This document shows, one piece after another, positions 26,331-39,000 of a stretch of 64,000 bases of DNA. Both the position numbers and the translations under genes were made by a program. This stretch comes from Octopus sinensis (Eukaryota), in assembly GCF_006345805.1 (NCBI RefSeq), contig NC_043021.1, positions 8,618,001 through 8,682,000 of the forward strand. Direction: 5' to 3'. How positions within the stretch are numbered: position 1 is the stretch's first letter; each line of letters starts with the position of its first letter. Under the pieces are notes generated by a model. It was not told the origin of the DNA. It made no database searches and saw only the letters and a program-made list of their open reading frames with translations.

Positions 26331-26580
26331 TCATTCAATCACATTTAAGTCCGGACATTTTGAAGGCCAATCTTCAGGTACAATAAAGTCAGGGCAAGAT
26401 TGCTGGAGGAACTGAACTGTTGTACTGGCTGTGTGAGGCTTTGCACCATCCTGTTGCCATGTCCATGATTCTTCGCTCATGACATTTTTTATATTGAACA
26501 TTTGTGAACACATCTCCTCACAGTAAACTTGTTAGTTTACAGTTTTCTATTAGTTTTGCCTTCAAATTTTCGATTTTCTA
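26331..26580 (-). pseudogene. Tc1/mariner-superfamily transposase fragment
   Basis: WQQDGAKPHTASTTVQFLQQSCPDFIVPEDWPSKCPDLNVIE contains the QQDGAxxH and WPxxSPDLNPIE catalytic-domain motifs. Confidence 0.85.
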
Positions 26581-26662
26581 ACGACTATATAACACACTAC
26601 TGCACATCACACTCACCACAACCGAACACACGTCTCTCTACTCAATATTCCGTATTACATTA

Positions 26663-27110
26663 AGGCGGCAGGCAGACAGAACTGTTAGCATGCCGGGTAA
26701 AAATGCCTTTTATCCACCCGAAAATTACTGGCTCTGTGCTAAAATTTTGAAACTAATATTTAAAGATATTACAAGGAGGCGGGGTCGATAAAATAAGTAT
26801 AAGTTGAGTACTGAGATCCATGTAATCGATTTGACGCCACCCTCAAACTTTCAAGCCTTCTGCCAAAATTTGAAATCAATATTCATATGGCAGCGAGCTG
26901 GCAGATTCGTTACAGCGCCGGACAAAATGCTTAGCGGCATTTCGTCCGTCTTTACGTTCTGAGTTCAAATTCTACTGTGATCGACTTTACATTTCATCCT
27001 TTCGGGGTCGATAGAATAAGTACCAGTTGAGTATTGGGGTGAACGTAATCGATTAGCAGTCCCTACCCTAAATTTTCAGGTTTTGCACCAAAATTTGAAA
27101 CGGTTGCCTG
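26663..27110 (+). mobile_element. SINE-B copies and fragments
   Basis: ggcagcgagctggcaga ... gagttcaaattc ... tttcatcctttcggggtcgataga. Confidence 0.8.
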
Positions 27111-27456
27111 TTGGCTACAGTAGTAGTTCGTCGTAGTTATGGATATGTTGATAGACAATGTTTATTCTAGTGTGTTGGTTATGTTGATGCTGTTATTGTT
27201 GGTTGTGATGGTGATGGTTATGTTGCTAGTGGTAGTGGTGGTGATACGTAGCAGGTTTTGTTCAGTGTCGCTGAGAGATAATAACTATTGCAGCGTGACG
27301 AAGGAATAATCTAATACTAAGATCGAATAAACTATTCCTTAGATCTCTGATTGGGTATGATCGAATTATGGCTTATGAACTTGTGAGTTTCCCACCTCCA
27401 TCTTCTCACTCTATGCGTATGTGTGTTTGTGTCAGGGTGGATATTTGCGCATATAA

Positions 27457-27493
<37 letters not shown>

Positions 27494-27711
27494 ACATATG
27501 GTATAATTATAAACAGGACAGATTTTAGCCATTTCTCCGCAGACTGGAAAAAAAACATGATGAACAACCTTATTCGATTTTCGAATCTTATTGGGGTCTC
27601 ATCAGAGGCGTCTCCATCATTCTGACAGTCTCCACAGAAACAAGCAGCCAAACTGTTTAAATACTCAACAAATGCAGCAGTTATTCTATGAAGGGGTCCC
27701 TAATTTGCATA

Positions 27712-27804
27712 CCGAAGCTAAGTTACGGGGACGTAAACACACCAGCATCGTTTGTCAAGCGATGTTGGGGAGGGGGGAACACAGACACACAAACATATAC
27801 GCAC

Positions 27805-27850
<46 letters not shown>

Positions 27851-28014
27851 GACGGGCTTCTTTCACTTTCCGTCTACCAAAGCCACTCACAAGTCTTTGG
27901 TCGGCCCGAGGCTATAATAGAAGACACTTGCCTAAGGTACCACGCTGTGGGACTGAAGACGGAACCATGTGGTTGTTAGGCTGGCTACTTACCACACAGC
28001 CACTCCTACGCCTA
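27712..28014 (-). mobile_element. SINE-A lacking its 3' tail
   Basis: gctaagttacggggacgtaaacacacc ... cagccactcctacgccta. Confidence 0.85.
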
Positions 28015-28389
28015 TCTAAGGAAATTTAAAAGACGTTTATGAGAAAATTAATTATAGAACTATCCAAAAGATTTCAAACCAAATACACATTAAACAAACA
28101 AAAAAAGATCTAAGTAATTAATTTAAGCTGTAAACTAAATTACTTTGTATATATCTCTGTGTTGTTTCCAATCTTGACGTAAGTGGCGTCAGCATTGTCC
28201 TAGACGTATGAGGAGTACTTCAATGAATATTATATCGTACTTGAAGTTTCTAATGGATCAACAGCAAAATAGGTTTAGACACCCGGATTGTTGTTTGGCT
28301 TCTAATCAGCTCTGAACGACCTGAGAAATGATCAAAAGCATTCCAGGCGTAAACGCACTGTTTTTAGTGGGAGGCGGCCATCTGCGATT

Positions 28390-28770
28390 ACATTATCTAA
28401 TGAGTCCTAAAGCGGCGAGCTGGCAGAAACGTTAGCACACCGGGCGAAATGCTTAGCGGTATTTCGTCTGCCGCTACGTTCTGAGTTCAAAGTCCGCCGA
28501 GGTCGACTTTGCCTTTCATCCTTTCGGGGTCGATAAATTAAGTACCAGTTACGCACTGGGGACGATGTAATCGACTTAATACCTATGTCTGTCCTTGTTT
28601 GTCCCCCTCTGTGTTTAGCCCCTTGTGGGTAATAAAAAAATAGGTATTTCGTCTGCCGCTACGTTCTGAGTTCAAATTCCGCCGAGGTCGACTTTGCCTT
28701 TCATCCTTTCGGGGTCGATAAATTAAGTACCAGTTCCGCACTGGGGTCGATATAATTAACTTAATCCGAA
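28390..28770 (+). mobile_element. SINE-B head-to-tail dimer
   Basis: The second unit restarts at ...aataggtatttcgtctgccgctacg (~28643). Confidence 0.88.
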
Positions 28771-28879
28771 TGTACCGTGGTTCTCAGCCTGGGTCCATAT
28801 GACTCCTGGTGGGTGGGAGAGGGGATCCATATAAGATTTTGTTGTTAATATTTACGTGCAATAAATTGATTACATATAT

Positions 28880-29178
28880 GCTGAGACCCCCTTCGGTCAT
28901 GACTGACCATGGGATTGCACCTAGAAAGTTATCCTCGCAGGCACAAGTCCGAGCAAGGTTGTTTATGGAAGACCAGCAGTCGCCCATGCATACCGGCCGC
29001 CCCTCTCCACGCCACCTGTACAGCTTGGCACCTGTGACGTCGCAAGCTGAGTGAACTGGAGCAACGTGAAAATAAAGTGTCTTGCTCAAGACCACAACAC
29101 GCAGCCCGGTCCGGGATTCGAACTCACAACCTCACGATCGTAATCTCGACGCTCTAACCACTGAGCCATGTGCCTTAC
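28880..29178 (-). mobile_element. SINE-D head and body with a different tail
   Basis: Minus: aaggcacatggctcagtggttagagc ... gagttcgaatccc ... ttgagcaagacactttattttcac. Confidence 0.8.
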
Positions 29179-29259
29179 ATATATATATATATTATTAACA
29201 TATATACATTATATATATTATTACATATATTATTAATAAATTGCTTACACTTCTACAAT

Positions 29260-29458
29260 ATTCTTTATTCTTTTATCCTTTTATTTGTTTTAGTCTTTTG
29301 ACTGCGGCAATGCTGGAGCAGCATCTTTAGTCGAACAAATTGACCCCAGGACTTATTCTTTGTAAGCCCAGTACTTATTCTGTCGGTCTCTTTTGTTGAA
29401 CCGTTAAGTTACGGGGACGTGAAGACACCAACATCTGTTGCCAAGCGATGGTGGGAGA

Positions 29459-29522
<64 letters not shown>

Positions 29523-29690
29523 CACGACGAGTTTCTTTCAGTTTCCGTCTTCCAAATCCACTCACAAGGCTTTGGTCGGGCCGAGGCTACAATAGAAAGA
29601 CACTTGCCCTAGATGCCACGCAGTGGGGCTGAACGTGGAACCACGTGGTTTGTAAGCAAACTACTTACCACATAGCCACTCCTGCGCTTA
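29260..29690 (-). mobile_element. SINE-A, full length
   Basis: Matches the other SINE-A copies. Confidence 0.88.
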
Positions 29691-30014
29691 CACAAAATAT
29701 TTTAACAATTTTTTTTATAGAACTCCCAATAACATCTAATTATAAAAATAGAAGAATTTTTATAAACATTGAATGGTTAGTAGGTCCAACCGACTAAAAT
29801 AGGAATCAAAGGGTCCCATAGGAAGAAATGGTTGAGAAACACTGCTGTAAACCTAACTCAGCATTTCTGATTAAATATACATCAAGGCTTGTGCTACACA
29901 CCACACTCAATAATTTCTATGCTTTAGTAACCCGTTCACTACCCTATATAATTGTATCTGATTCCTGCATACACATCACTAGAGACCCTTCTGTCTCATT
30001 CTGTATTAATTTTT

Positions 30015-30423
30015 TTTATTTCTTTATTGCCCACAAGGGGCTAAATATAGAAGGGACAAACAAGGACAGACAAAGGGATTAAGTCGATTACATCGACCCC
30101 AGTGATTAACTGGTACTTATTTAATCGACCCCGAAAGGATGAAAGGCAAAGTCGACCTCGGCGGAATTTGAACTCAGAACGTAACGGCAGACGAGATACC
30201 TATTTCTTTACTACCCTCAAGGGGCTACACACAGAGGAGACAAACAAGGACAGACAGACGGATTAAGTTGATTACATCGACCCCGGTGTGTAACTGGTAC
30301 TTAACTTATCGACCCCGAAAGGAGGAAAGGCAAAGTCGACCTCAGCGGAATTTGAACTCAGAACGTAGCGGCAGACGAAATGCTGCTAAGCATTTCGCCC
30401 GGTGTGCAAACGATTCCGCCAGC
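30015..30423 (-). mobile_element. SINE-B dimer
   Basis: Two units with the same junction as 28390-28770. Confidence 0.88.
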
Positions 30424-31279
30424 CCTGTATTAATGCTTCATCTAAATCAATGTACAAGCTCAACACATCTCATCAAAAGCAAAGACAAAGAAAGACACGC
30501 TTCACTAAGAACAGGAAACCTAATCAAATTGAACAACCCCTAGACAGAAAAAACGTACATTTCCCAAGGTTATGCCAGCAACAACACTGCACCTATCACA
30601 TATGATACTATTATAAACAACTAAAACAGATTTCACATTGTCTGTTCTTTATTTGACGCAAATTTAAGACATAAAGCATTAGACAATGACTATATAAAGT
30701 CTGTCAATTGTAATTAATGGTCAACAAAATAAATAAATACATATTACTGCGTGGAGTCTTTAGATGTTAGGAGGATAGACACAGTTAATGTTGATTAGTA
30801 AGACAATGTCTGGGTATTGGTTTGTATACATTACAAACGTAGACTAGATAGATACACTGTGTTGATATGGACTAGATAATTAAGGATTGCTTGTAAAGGT
30901 TGATAAGAACTGAAATGACGTGTAAATGTCAAATTAATAGACAGTGTGAAGTTAAGATGAGACGATAGTGGGATAAAGACGGATGGAGTAAAGGATTGAA
31001 AGATGAATGAAGTAATAACTGGAAAGATAAATTGATTGATATAGGCATATTAGATAGCAGGATAAAAAGAGAAAGAGAGGTGGAGGTGGAGAAAGAGAAT
31101 GAGTGACAGAGAAAGAAAATCAGATACATGGGTGGTTTTATATATATAGGGTTGTAGGTACGTTGGTAGATAGATAAATAAAAATGCAGGCTGATTGAGG
31201 TAAATAGACGGGTACGTAGGCACGTAGACAGACATATAGACAGATAGATAAAAGTAAATGGATGAATTTATAGGTATGT

Positions 31280-31370
31280 AAATAGATAGATAGGTAGATA
31301 GATAGATAGGTAGGTAGATAGATAAATAGATAGATAGATAGATAGATAGGTAGATAGATAGATAGGTAGG

Positions 31371-31437
<67 letters not shown>

Positions 31438-31478
31438 GTAGATAGATAGGTAGATAGATAGATAGATAGGTAGGTAGG

Positions 31479-31545
<67 letters not shown>
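31280..31545. repeat. (GATA/GGTA)n microsatellite
   Basis: Directly visible. Confidence 0.95.
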
Positions 31546-31546
<1 letters not shown>

Positions 31547-31984
31547 ATGAGATGTAGAGAGCAGACGGAACATTTTTCTAATATACTTTCTCCACACACA
31601 TCACGAAAATATCAAAGCAATTTTTTTTTTTCATTTGCAGCTGAGTTATCGAGATATAGAATGATTGAGACAGATCAATAATCTAAATGTATGACTAGCT
31701 ATCAGCCGAATTGTCTGTCGAAGCTGATCATTTCAAGTGAAATTGGTAAAATTCTACAACTTCCACTAACTCATCTGTTCGACTAAAATACTACAATTCA
31801 CAAACATGATGGAAATCGCAAGAAAAATGTTGGTAGATTTTCTTGGGTCTTATTGTTGTGGTTACTGAGAGGTCTTAAGTCACCTTTATAAAGGTTGGTG
31901 CTGGCTGGCCAGGTATTCAGAAAAATAGCCAATGTATTGCGCTTTTTAAAGAGATTACGCTTATTTCAGTCTGGTGTTTTATAC

Positions 31985-32450
31985 TGGTTTCAAATTTTGA
32001 CACAAGGCCAGCAATTTTGGGGGAGGAGTTAAGTCGATGCACTGACCCCCCACCCCCCACCCCACCCCCAGAACTCAACTGGTACTTATTTTATCGGCGA
32101 GCTGGCAGAAACGTTAGCACGCCGGGCGAAATGCGTAGCCGTATTTCGTCTGACGTTACGTTCTGAGTTCAAATTCCGCCAAGGTCGACTTTGCCTTTTA
32201 TCCTTTCGGGGTCGATTAAATTAGTACCAGTTACGCACTGGGGTCGACACAATCGACTTAATCCGTTTGTCTGTCCTTGTTTGTCCTCTTTGTGTTTAGC
32301 CCCTTGTGGGTAGTAAAGAAATAGGTACTTATTTTATCGACCTCGAAAGGATGAAGGGCAAAATCGACACGGGCGAGATTTGAACTCAAAATGTAAAGAC
32401 GGTGAAATGCCGCTAAGCATTTTTTCCGGCATGCTAACGACCCTGCCAGT
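31985..32450. mobile_element. Younger SINE-B (+, ~32097-32323) nested in an older SINE-B (-)
   Basis: 16-bp TSD ggtacttattttatcg at 32081-32096 and 32324-32339. Confidence 0.85.
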
Positions 32451-32681
32451 CTGGTATTTATATTATCGATCAATATTTATCAAACTCAGAGGTTCGGCTA
32501 ATGAAACCGACAGAATAAGTACTAGGCTTGAAAAGAAAAGTCCTGGGGTTGATTTATTTGATAAAACCCCTTCAAGGCGGTGCCACAGCATGGCCACAGT
32601 TCAATGACTGAAACAAATAACACTAAAAGTCATACGAGTTATCAATAGAATGTAATTAATTTGGAACTGAAACTACAAAAT

Positions 32682-33125
32682 TATTTACATTATTTACATT
32701 TGACAGATATTTGTCCTCATCTTGTTTGTTGTTAACCCAATGTTTCGGCTGATATACCCTCCAGCCTTAATCAGGTGCCTTGGGGAAATTTCTGAACCTT
32801 GGTTCTCATTCCTAAGGTATTTTTCGATGTTATTATTATTATTATTATTATTATATTATTATTATTATTGGTATTGTTATTGTTTAGATCACTGCTCGGA
32901 ATCGAACTCGGTATCTTGGGGTTAGTAGCCCGCGCTCTTAACCCCTACGCGATATGCCCGTGGGCATATGGCGTAGTGGTTAATTTCCCCAAGACACCTG
33001 AAGAAGGCTGGAGGGTATATCAGCCGAAACGTTGTGTTAACAACAAACAAGATGAGGACAAATATCCGTCGAATGTAAATAATGTAAATAATGTACATAA
33101 TTCCTCATCTCTTAAATATAGAACT
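32682..33125. mobile_element. tRNA-headed element with (TAA)n spacer and hammerhead-bearing Penelope-like tail (minus, ~32682-32959), plus an internally deleted inverted partner (plus, ~32962-33125)
   Basis: Minus head gggcatatcgcgtaggggttaagagcgcgggctactaaccccaagataccgagttcgattccg has A/B boxes; tails 32682-32790 and 32982-33091 are inverted copies of each other. Confidence 0.75.
32993..33038 (+). ncRNA. Minimal type-I hammerhead ribozyme motif
   Basis: gacac-CTGAAGA-A-GGCTG(gagggtatat)CAGCC-GAAAC-GTT-gtgtt: stem I gacac/gtgtt, stem II GGCTG/CAGCC, palindromic ACGT stem III. Confidence 0.65.
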
Positions 33126-33391
33126 ATACAAACTTATTATTCTGATTTTCAGTTTTCTAATGCAAAACACACACATACATACAGACAGACAGACAGACAT
33201 AAGCGGAACATTAAAACTCTGCAAGACTTTCGTCAGGTTTAAAATGTGTCATCGTTTACATTACTTACATTCCAACGATGGGGTTTTGTATCTTTATTAG
33301 AAACCAGAAATTTCTTCAAAGGAAGAATTTAAATAATCAAAAACAGAAACGAACATACATACATACATACATACATACATACATACATACA

Positions 33392-33422
<31 letters not shown>

Positions 33423-34334
33423 GAGGTCTTTTGGCAGATTCCGTCTATGAATCTTCCTCACAAGGCATTGGTTGGTCCGGAGATATTGCGAAATACACTT
33501 ACGAAACTGAAGCCGAAATTGCACACAGAAACACACACGTATGCACACACAAACACACACGCACGCATACGCACACAAACACACACATCACAATCAAACA
33601 CACACATATATACAAAAATATATATGTGTGCGTCCGTACGTGTGTGTGTGTGTGTGTGTATGTGCGTATGTGGTGACGAAGAACAATTTCTGCGAAGCGG
33701 CATCGAAATTACTCGTCAAGAAAATGAGTACCAAACTTCAAAGAAGGATGAACTTAGAATCACTGTTCTTCGGAAATCAAACAAGGCTTATTGACAAAAT
33801 GATGCGGCTGTTGTTCCACAGAATCTCAGAAGTTAAAATATGTGTTTTTACATTCAGTTCCGCTCTACATACACACGCAAACGCACGCACGCACATACTC
33901 GCTCGCGCACACAAATGGATGCACTTACACATACACACACACTCTTAAATCTCATTTAAACCTACCTCACAAATATAGTTCTATTTCGATATCTGTCGAC
34001 CAAGGGCTTCCCTGTAACATTCTAAGTTGTTTGGTTGCTCGATACTTACACGCGCTTGTACTTGAGGTGCCATTCACCCGGGGTGGATTCGACATGTCTC
34101 GCAGCCTTCTGTGTATGTACATTATGGCCTTTTTTGTAACTATGTGCATATAGATTCATTATTAGAGACGAAAAATACGCCAGATCTGGACATTTACCGA
34201 TATTCTTCAAAACGTTGCAGAATTCTCGCATATTTGGGAGACATTTTAGATACGTATTATAATATGGGTTTCAAATTTTGAACCAAGGCCAGTCATTTTA
34301 GGGGTGGGGTAAGTCGATACGTCGACCCCGTTGC

Positions 34335-34500
34335 GTATGTTTGTGTGTCTGTGTTTGTCTCCCCCCATCGCTTGACACCGATTAACTTAGCGGTTTGACA
34401 AAAGGGACTGATAGAATAAGTCCTGGGGTCGATTCGTTCGACTAAAGGCAGTGCTCCAGCATTGCCGCAGTCAAATGACTGAAGCAAGTAAAATAATAAA
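34335..34500 (+). mobile_element. SINE-A 3' part
   Basis: aaggcagtgctccagcattgccgcagtcaaatgactgaa. Confidence 0.8.
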
Positions 34501-34530
34501 ATAATATATATATATACGTGTAGGTAGATG

Positions 34531-34576
<46 letters not shown>

Positions 34577-35177
34577 CAGAAAGACAGACAGACAGAAAGA
34601 CAGACAGACAGATAGACAGACGGACAGACGGACGGACGAATGGATAGATTGATAAGTAGACAGTTATAGATGCAGAGAGGTAATATTTATCCTCACTTAA
34701 ATGTGGGGATAAATCTGTCGTTAATATACACCAGTTACAGATACAGAAAAAGCAAAATTGGAGTAGGTTGACTGGTTAATTATTTACGTAATCTTACACA
34801 ATTTTCAGCGAAGATTATGGTTAGATTATACAATGCAAGCCAGGTCAATTGGCATTTCATTGTACTTAAAATATAAAAATGGATAGGAAAGCAACCTCAC
34901 TTCAGTGAAGAAAAATAAAAGTGTGCTGGGTTCTGGAAAAAAAAATCTCAAATCATCTCACTTTCATGTGACTGTAGGTCAGCCACTCAATGTCCCCTTG
35001 AAGATATGGGCCTAATAGGTAACGTACTCTAAAAACGCAGTGTCTTTACCCAAGCTACCAACAGATATTATATTAGGTCTACTGCGAATACTTATAAGAA
35101 ATGTTATATGCTCAAACATACATTTACTAACAAAAAAAAGAAGAAAATTAAGCAATACAATATCCCTAACAGAATGC

Positions 35178-35229
<52 letters not shown>

Positions 35230-35234
35230 ATATA

Positions 35235-35429
35235 CGCCATGATAGATCGTTAGCTCCTACACGCATTTTTTTCTCTCCTTGTTTTTTTCTGTGTATCTTT
35301 CTGTCGAAGAGCGTAGGCTCGAAACGTAAAAGACTTGTTCTATTTCTATTCCTGAGCGCCATACTAATACATTTGTTTGTTTGTACTCCAGCTGCCTTCG
35401 TCTTTTGTTTATTTTCATAAACCTTCCCG

Positions 35430-35432
<3 letters not shown>
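35235..35432 (+). mobile_element. Penelope-like terminal repeat in (TA)n with hammerhead-like motif (35296-35333)
   Basis: tcttt-CTGTCGA-A-GAGC-gtag-GCTC-GAAACGTA-aaaga; stems I and II intact, core deviates from CTGANGA. Confidence 0.65.
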
Positions 35433-35472
<40 letters not shown>

Positions 35473-35863
35473 CTTCAAACTCTATACATATTTTGATAGT
35501 ATAACCCAGATTTCCGTTAATAAATTTCAAACTGCAATGGAGCATTATACCCACAACTCCAACATATAAAGTTAACGAAAGAGAATGTAGGTGTTGTTTG
35601 ATCGAGTCACGGATAATAAAGTACTAAATCGAATAAACGAAAGCATACTCTTATGTAGGGGTAGAAATTTCACACATATATTCCATACTAAAAAAAAACA
35701 ATGTACAAATAAACAACTAATGGTAAGACAACATAAGTAATAACAACATAACTTCTTGTCACCAAGTAAGAAATTTATGGCAAATTATTGACACCCTAAA
35801 CGTCAATCAAAAATAAGTAAATAGTTTTCGACTGCTTTTATTATTCTTTAAATTATTGCTAAT

Positions 35864-36050
35864 ACTCTTTTACTCTTTTACTCTTTTACTTGTTTCAGTA
35901 ATTTGACCGTGGCCATGCTGGAGCACCGCCTTTAGTCAAGCAAATCGACCCCAGGACTTATTCTTTGTAAGCCTAGTACTTGTTCTATCGGTCTCTTTTG
36001 CCGAACCGCTAAGTTACGTGGACGTAAACACAGACACACAAATACACACA
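35864..36050 (-). mobile_element. SINE-A 3' half
   Basis: Repeated tactcttt tail followed by SINE-A body. Confidence 0.85.
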
Positions 36051-36076
36051 CACACACACACAAACACACACATACA

Positions 36077-36114
<38 letters not shown>

Positions 36115-36447
36115 CTGAATTAATGGATGAATGTATGATCGCGCGATTGCAAGTATGGGTATATTTTTATATATATATAAGTTGTCTTAATTTTGTAAAG
36201 AACCTACAAATGTAATTTAATTTCTCATCTCATTCATATTGTACTTTATTTACATTATAGTTTACTCTCTAATCTCTATTTACTCTTCATTTCCTTAATT
36301 ATACTTGCATACAATATCTTACACGCTACTTGCCTGTAACCCCATCGCCTAGACATGTACCATTACTAATCATAAACAGTATTATTCACTCTGCCCAATG
36401 ATTCAAATAACTAACATACAATATATCAAAGGGTCTATCGTTTTATT

Positions 36448-36528
36448 CCCTCTGAAGAGATTAAGCTCAGGAATATGATTTTAATATTCAATCAACTTCA
36501 CTAAGCTTAATTGAAACAGCTGTTGTGT
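36448..36528 (+). ncRNA. Degenerate hammerhead-like motif with extended stem II
   Basis: CTGAAGA-gattaagct...agcttaatt-GAAACAGCTGTT; palindromic stem III; stem I not conserved. Confidence 0.4.
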
Positions 36529-36766
36529 ACATACATCAATGACTGATGCATCTAGACACATCTTCAGTGATGTGGCTGGTATCATCGGGTATTTCGGGTC
36601 TTTCAACATCATACATCCTGCTGCAGGTGACCTAGCTGGGGTTGATCGGACCCCAGCTTGTGACAAGATGGTCAGCTAGCTACTCTGTAAGAGATAATGG
36701 TCGATTTTTTTACTGACAATAAACTCTTATTAATTTCAATATCTCCATTTTCTTATTCTTCATTGA

Positions 36767-36847
<81 letters not shown>

Positions 36848-36913
36848 GCCTGTCTGTCTGTCTGTCTATATATATATATACTTTATTTAAAGCAGCAGAA
36901 AATTCAACAAAAT

Positions 36914-36951
36914 CTGTTACTCTGAGTTTCTCGTTGCCGTTCATCAGACAG
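36914..36951 (-). ncRNA. Type-I hammerhead ribozyme motif
   Basis: Minus: ctgt-CTGATGA-aCG-GCAA-CGa-GAA-ACTC-a-GAGT-A-acag; stem I ctgt/acag, GNRA-capped stem II with a mismatched closing pair, 4-bp stem III, GTA cleavage triplet. Confidence 0.65.
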
Positions 36952-37072
36952 TTTTTGCTAGCAAATAAAGCATATTACTCTACCACTGGTATTTGAGTAC
37001 TCTTTTTTCCACCTTGTTTTCATCATTTATGTGTTTACTCCGGTTGTATATATATATAATATAGATATAATA

Positions 37073-37103
<31 letters not shown>

Positions 37104-37208
37104 TGATAGAAATGGTAAAACAACAAAAGAATGAAAGAGAATTCAATATTATGTAAATAGAGGAATTTATCATGGCTACCGAATAATTGTCACATATTAT
37201 ATTTACAG

Positions 37209-37253
<45 letters not shown>

Positions 37254-38324
37254 TATATATATATAATGTATGTATGTATAAACATCCACAAATATATGTG
37301 TGTGTCTATCTGTGCATGCATCTGTGTATATTTTTTGGTTCGGTGTACTAGATATAGACAGATCATGTAATATCCTAATATCCATTGTGGCTGTTGTTAA
37401 TGGGAAAGCATAATTAACATGTATTAATTTCACAATTAAGAAATGACCGAACATAATTGTGTTGTTGTTTAACCATAAACTAGCGTCGAATGATCACAGC
37501 TTAGATCAAAGCCATTGAAACCGTAATCACTTCGCTTGTTTGTTATCTAGTCCAAAGTGTTTCATGTTTTCTTCGAAGACGGTGGAGTGTGGCATGAGGG
37601 CAATTTGGTTGTTACATGTAGAAAGCCGAGTGATCACGTAGAAGCTCTCTTTTCGAATCACGCTAATCTGTTGTCTTCTAATTTGGCAAAAAAGAAAAAG
37701 AAAATGGCTGACATATTATCAGTCGTTGATTTGATCAATAGCATTAAGCTAAGATAGTCTGGTTGGCAGTGAGATGGATGACCTCTAGTAAAACACATCT
37801 GAATCTGAGCCTGATGTAAGGACGGCGATGCCAACAATCATATATCGATTAAATAATAATTAAATCAATAAATCAGTTATCTAGCCAACTAATCAGACGT
37901 TAACCTGATTTATAATCTCTCAGTCAATTCAATCCTTCTTTTACTCTCCCACACATCCACGTTATTAATTATTCAATCAATCACATAATCTATCACCTAA
38001 TCGATATCAATCACTCACTCAGCGTCTGTATAAATCGCTCATTTTATCAATCGATTATTCAATCCCTCTATGAATTAATCAATTAATTAACCACACATTC
38101 ACTATCAATTAAATTAATAGCTGTTGAACTTGTATATATGATAGAGAAAGTGTTTGTTGCTTTTTTTTTGTTGTTGGCTTCTCTGGCAGATGAAGGATAT
38201 AAGATCAAATTGCAGACTCTGTCGACATTTCTCTCTATGTATACTATTTACAGAGCTGAGAAATACCAGTAATTTACTGACACACCATTATTTACAAAAG
38301 AAATCTCATATCGTGTGTGTATAT

Positions 38325-38510
38325 GTATTGGTAAAAACAGTAAGATAACAAAAGAAAGAAAGAGACCTCAATATGATGTAAATAGAGGAAATTTATCTGT
38401 AAAATGATATGTGACAATTATTCGGTAGCCAAGATAAAAACTCTGAGTTTCGAAACTCAGAATTTTGTCTTGGCTACCGAATAATTGTCATATTATTTTA
38501 CAGATATATA
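38325..38510. repeat. Fold-back of a Penelope-like terminal repeat (palindrome 38394-38506)
   Basis: tatctgtaaaat...gagtttcgaaactc...attttacagata; same family at ~37110-37210, 38810-38930 and 42825-42950. Confidence 0.8.
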
Positions 38511-38552
38511 TACATATGCATCAGCAAATCCTGAATGCCTCACACAAACACG

Positions 38553-38602
<50 letters not shown>

Positions 38603-38809
38603 ATATTTCAGGGTAGGACAAGTTGAAAAGGAAGAAGCTGTCTAATCACTTAGAAGAAAGTACCCAAAGATAAGTCTGATAGTGGATTAATATAAGATGG
38701 CATAATATGATAGAATATAATAAACTATAATATAATATAATATAATGATATAATATGATATTATATAATATAATATGATATTGTATAATATAATATATAT
38801 ATATGTATA

Positions 38810-38930
38810 GCATTTTTTCGATGGCCGGATAACAGAAGAGATGGCGGCGATGGGTTTCCGCCCCGACATCCGAAACTCGGAGTTTTATCATGGATACCGA
38901 ATAATCGTCATATATTATACTTACAGATAT
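38810..38930 (+). mobile_element. Penelope-like terminal repeat with mutated hammerhead core (38828-38889)
   Basis: gataa-CAGAAGA-GATG...CATC-C-GAAACTCGGAGTT-ttatc. Confidence 0.6.
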
Positions 38931-38941
38931 ATATATATATA

Positions 38942-38978
<37 letters not shown>

Positions 38979-39000
38979 GTGTGTGTGTGTGTATAATATA

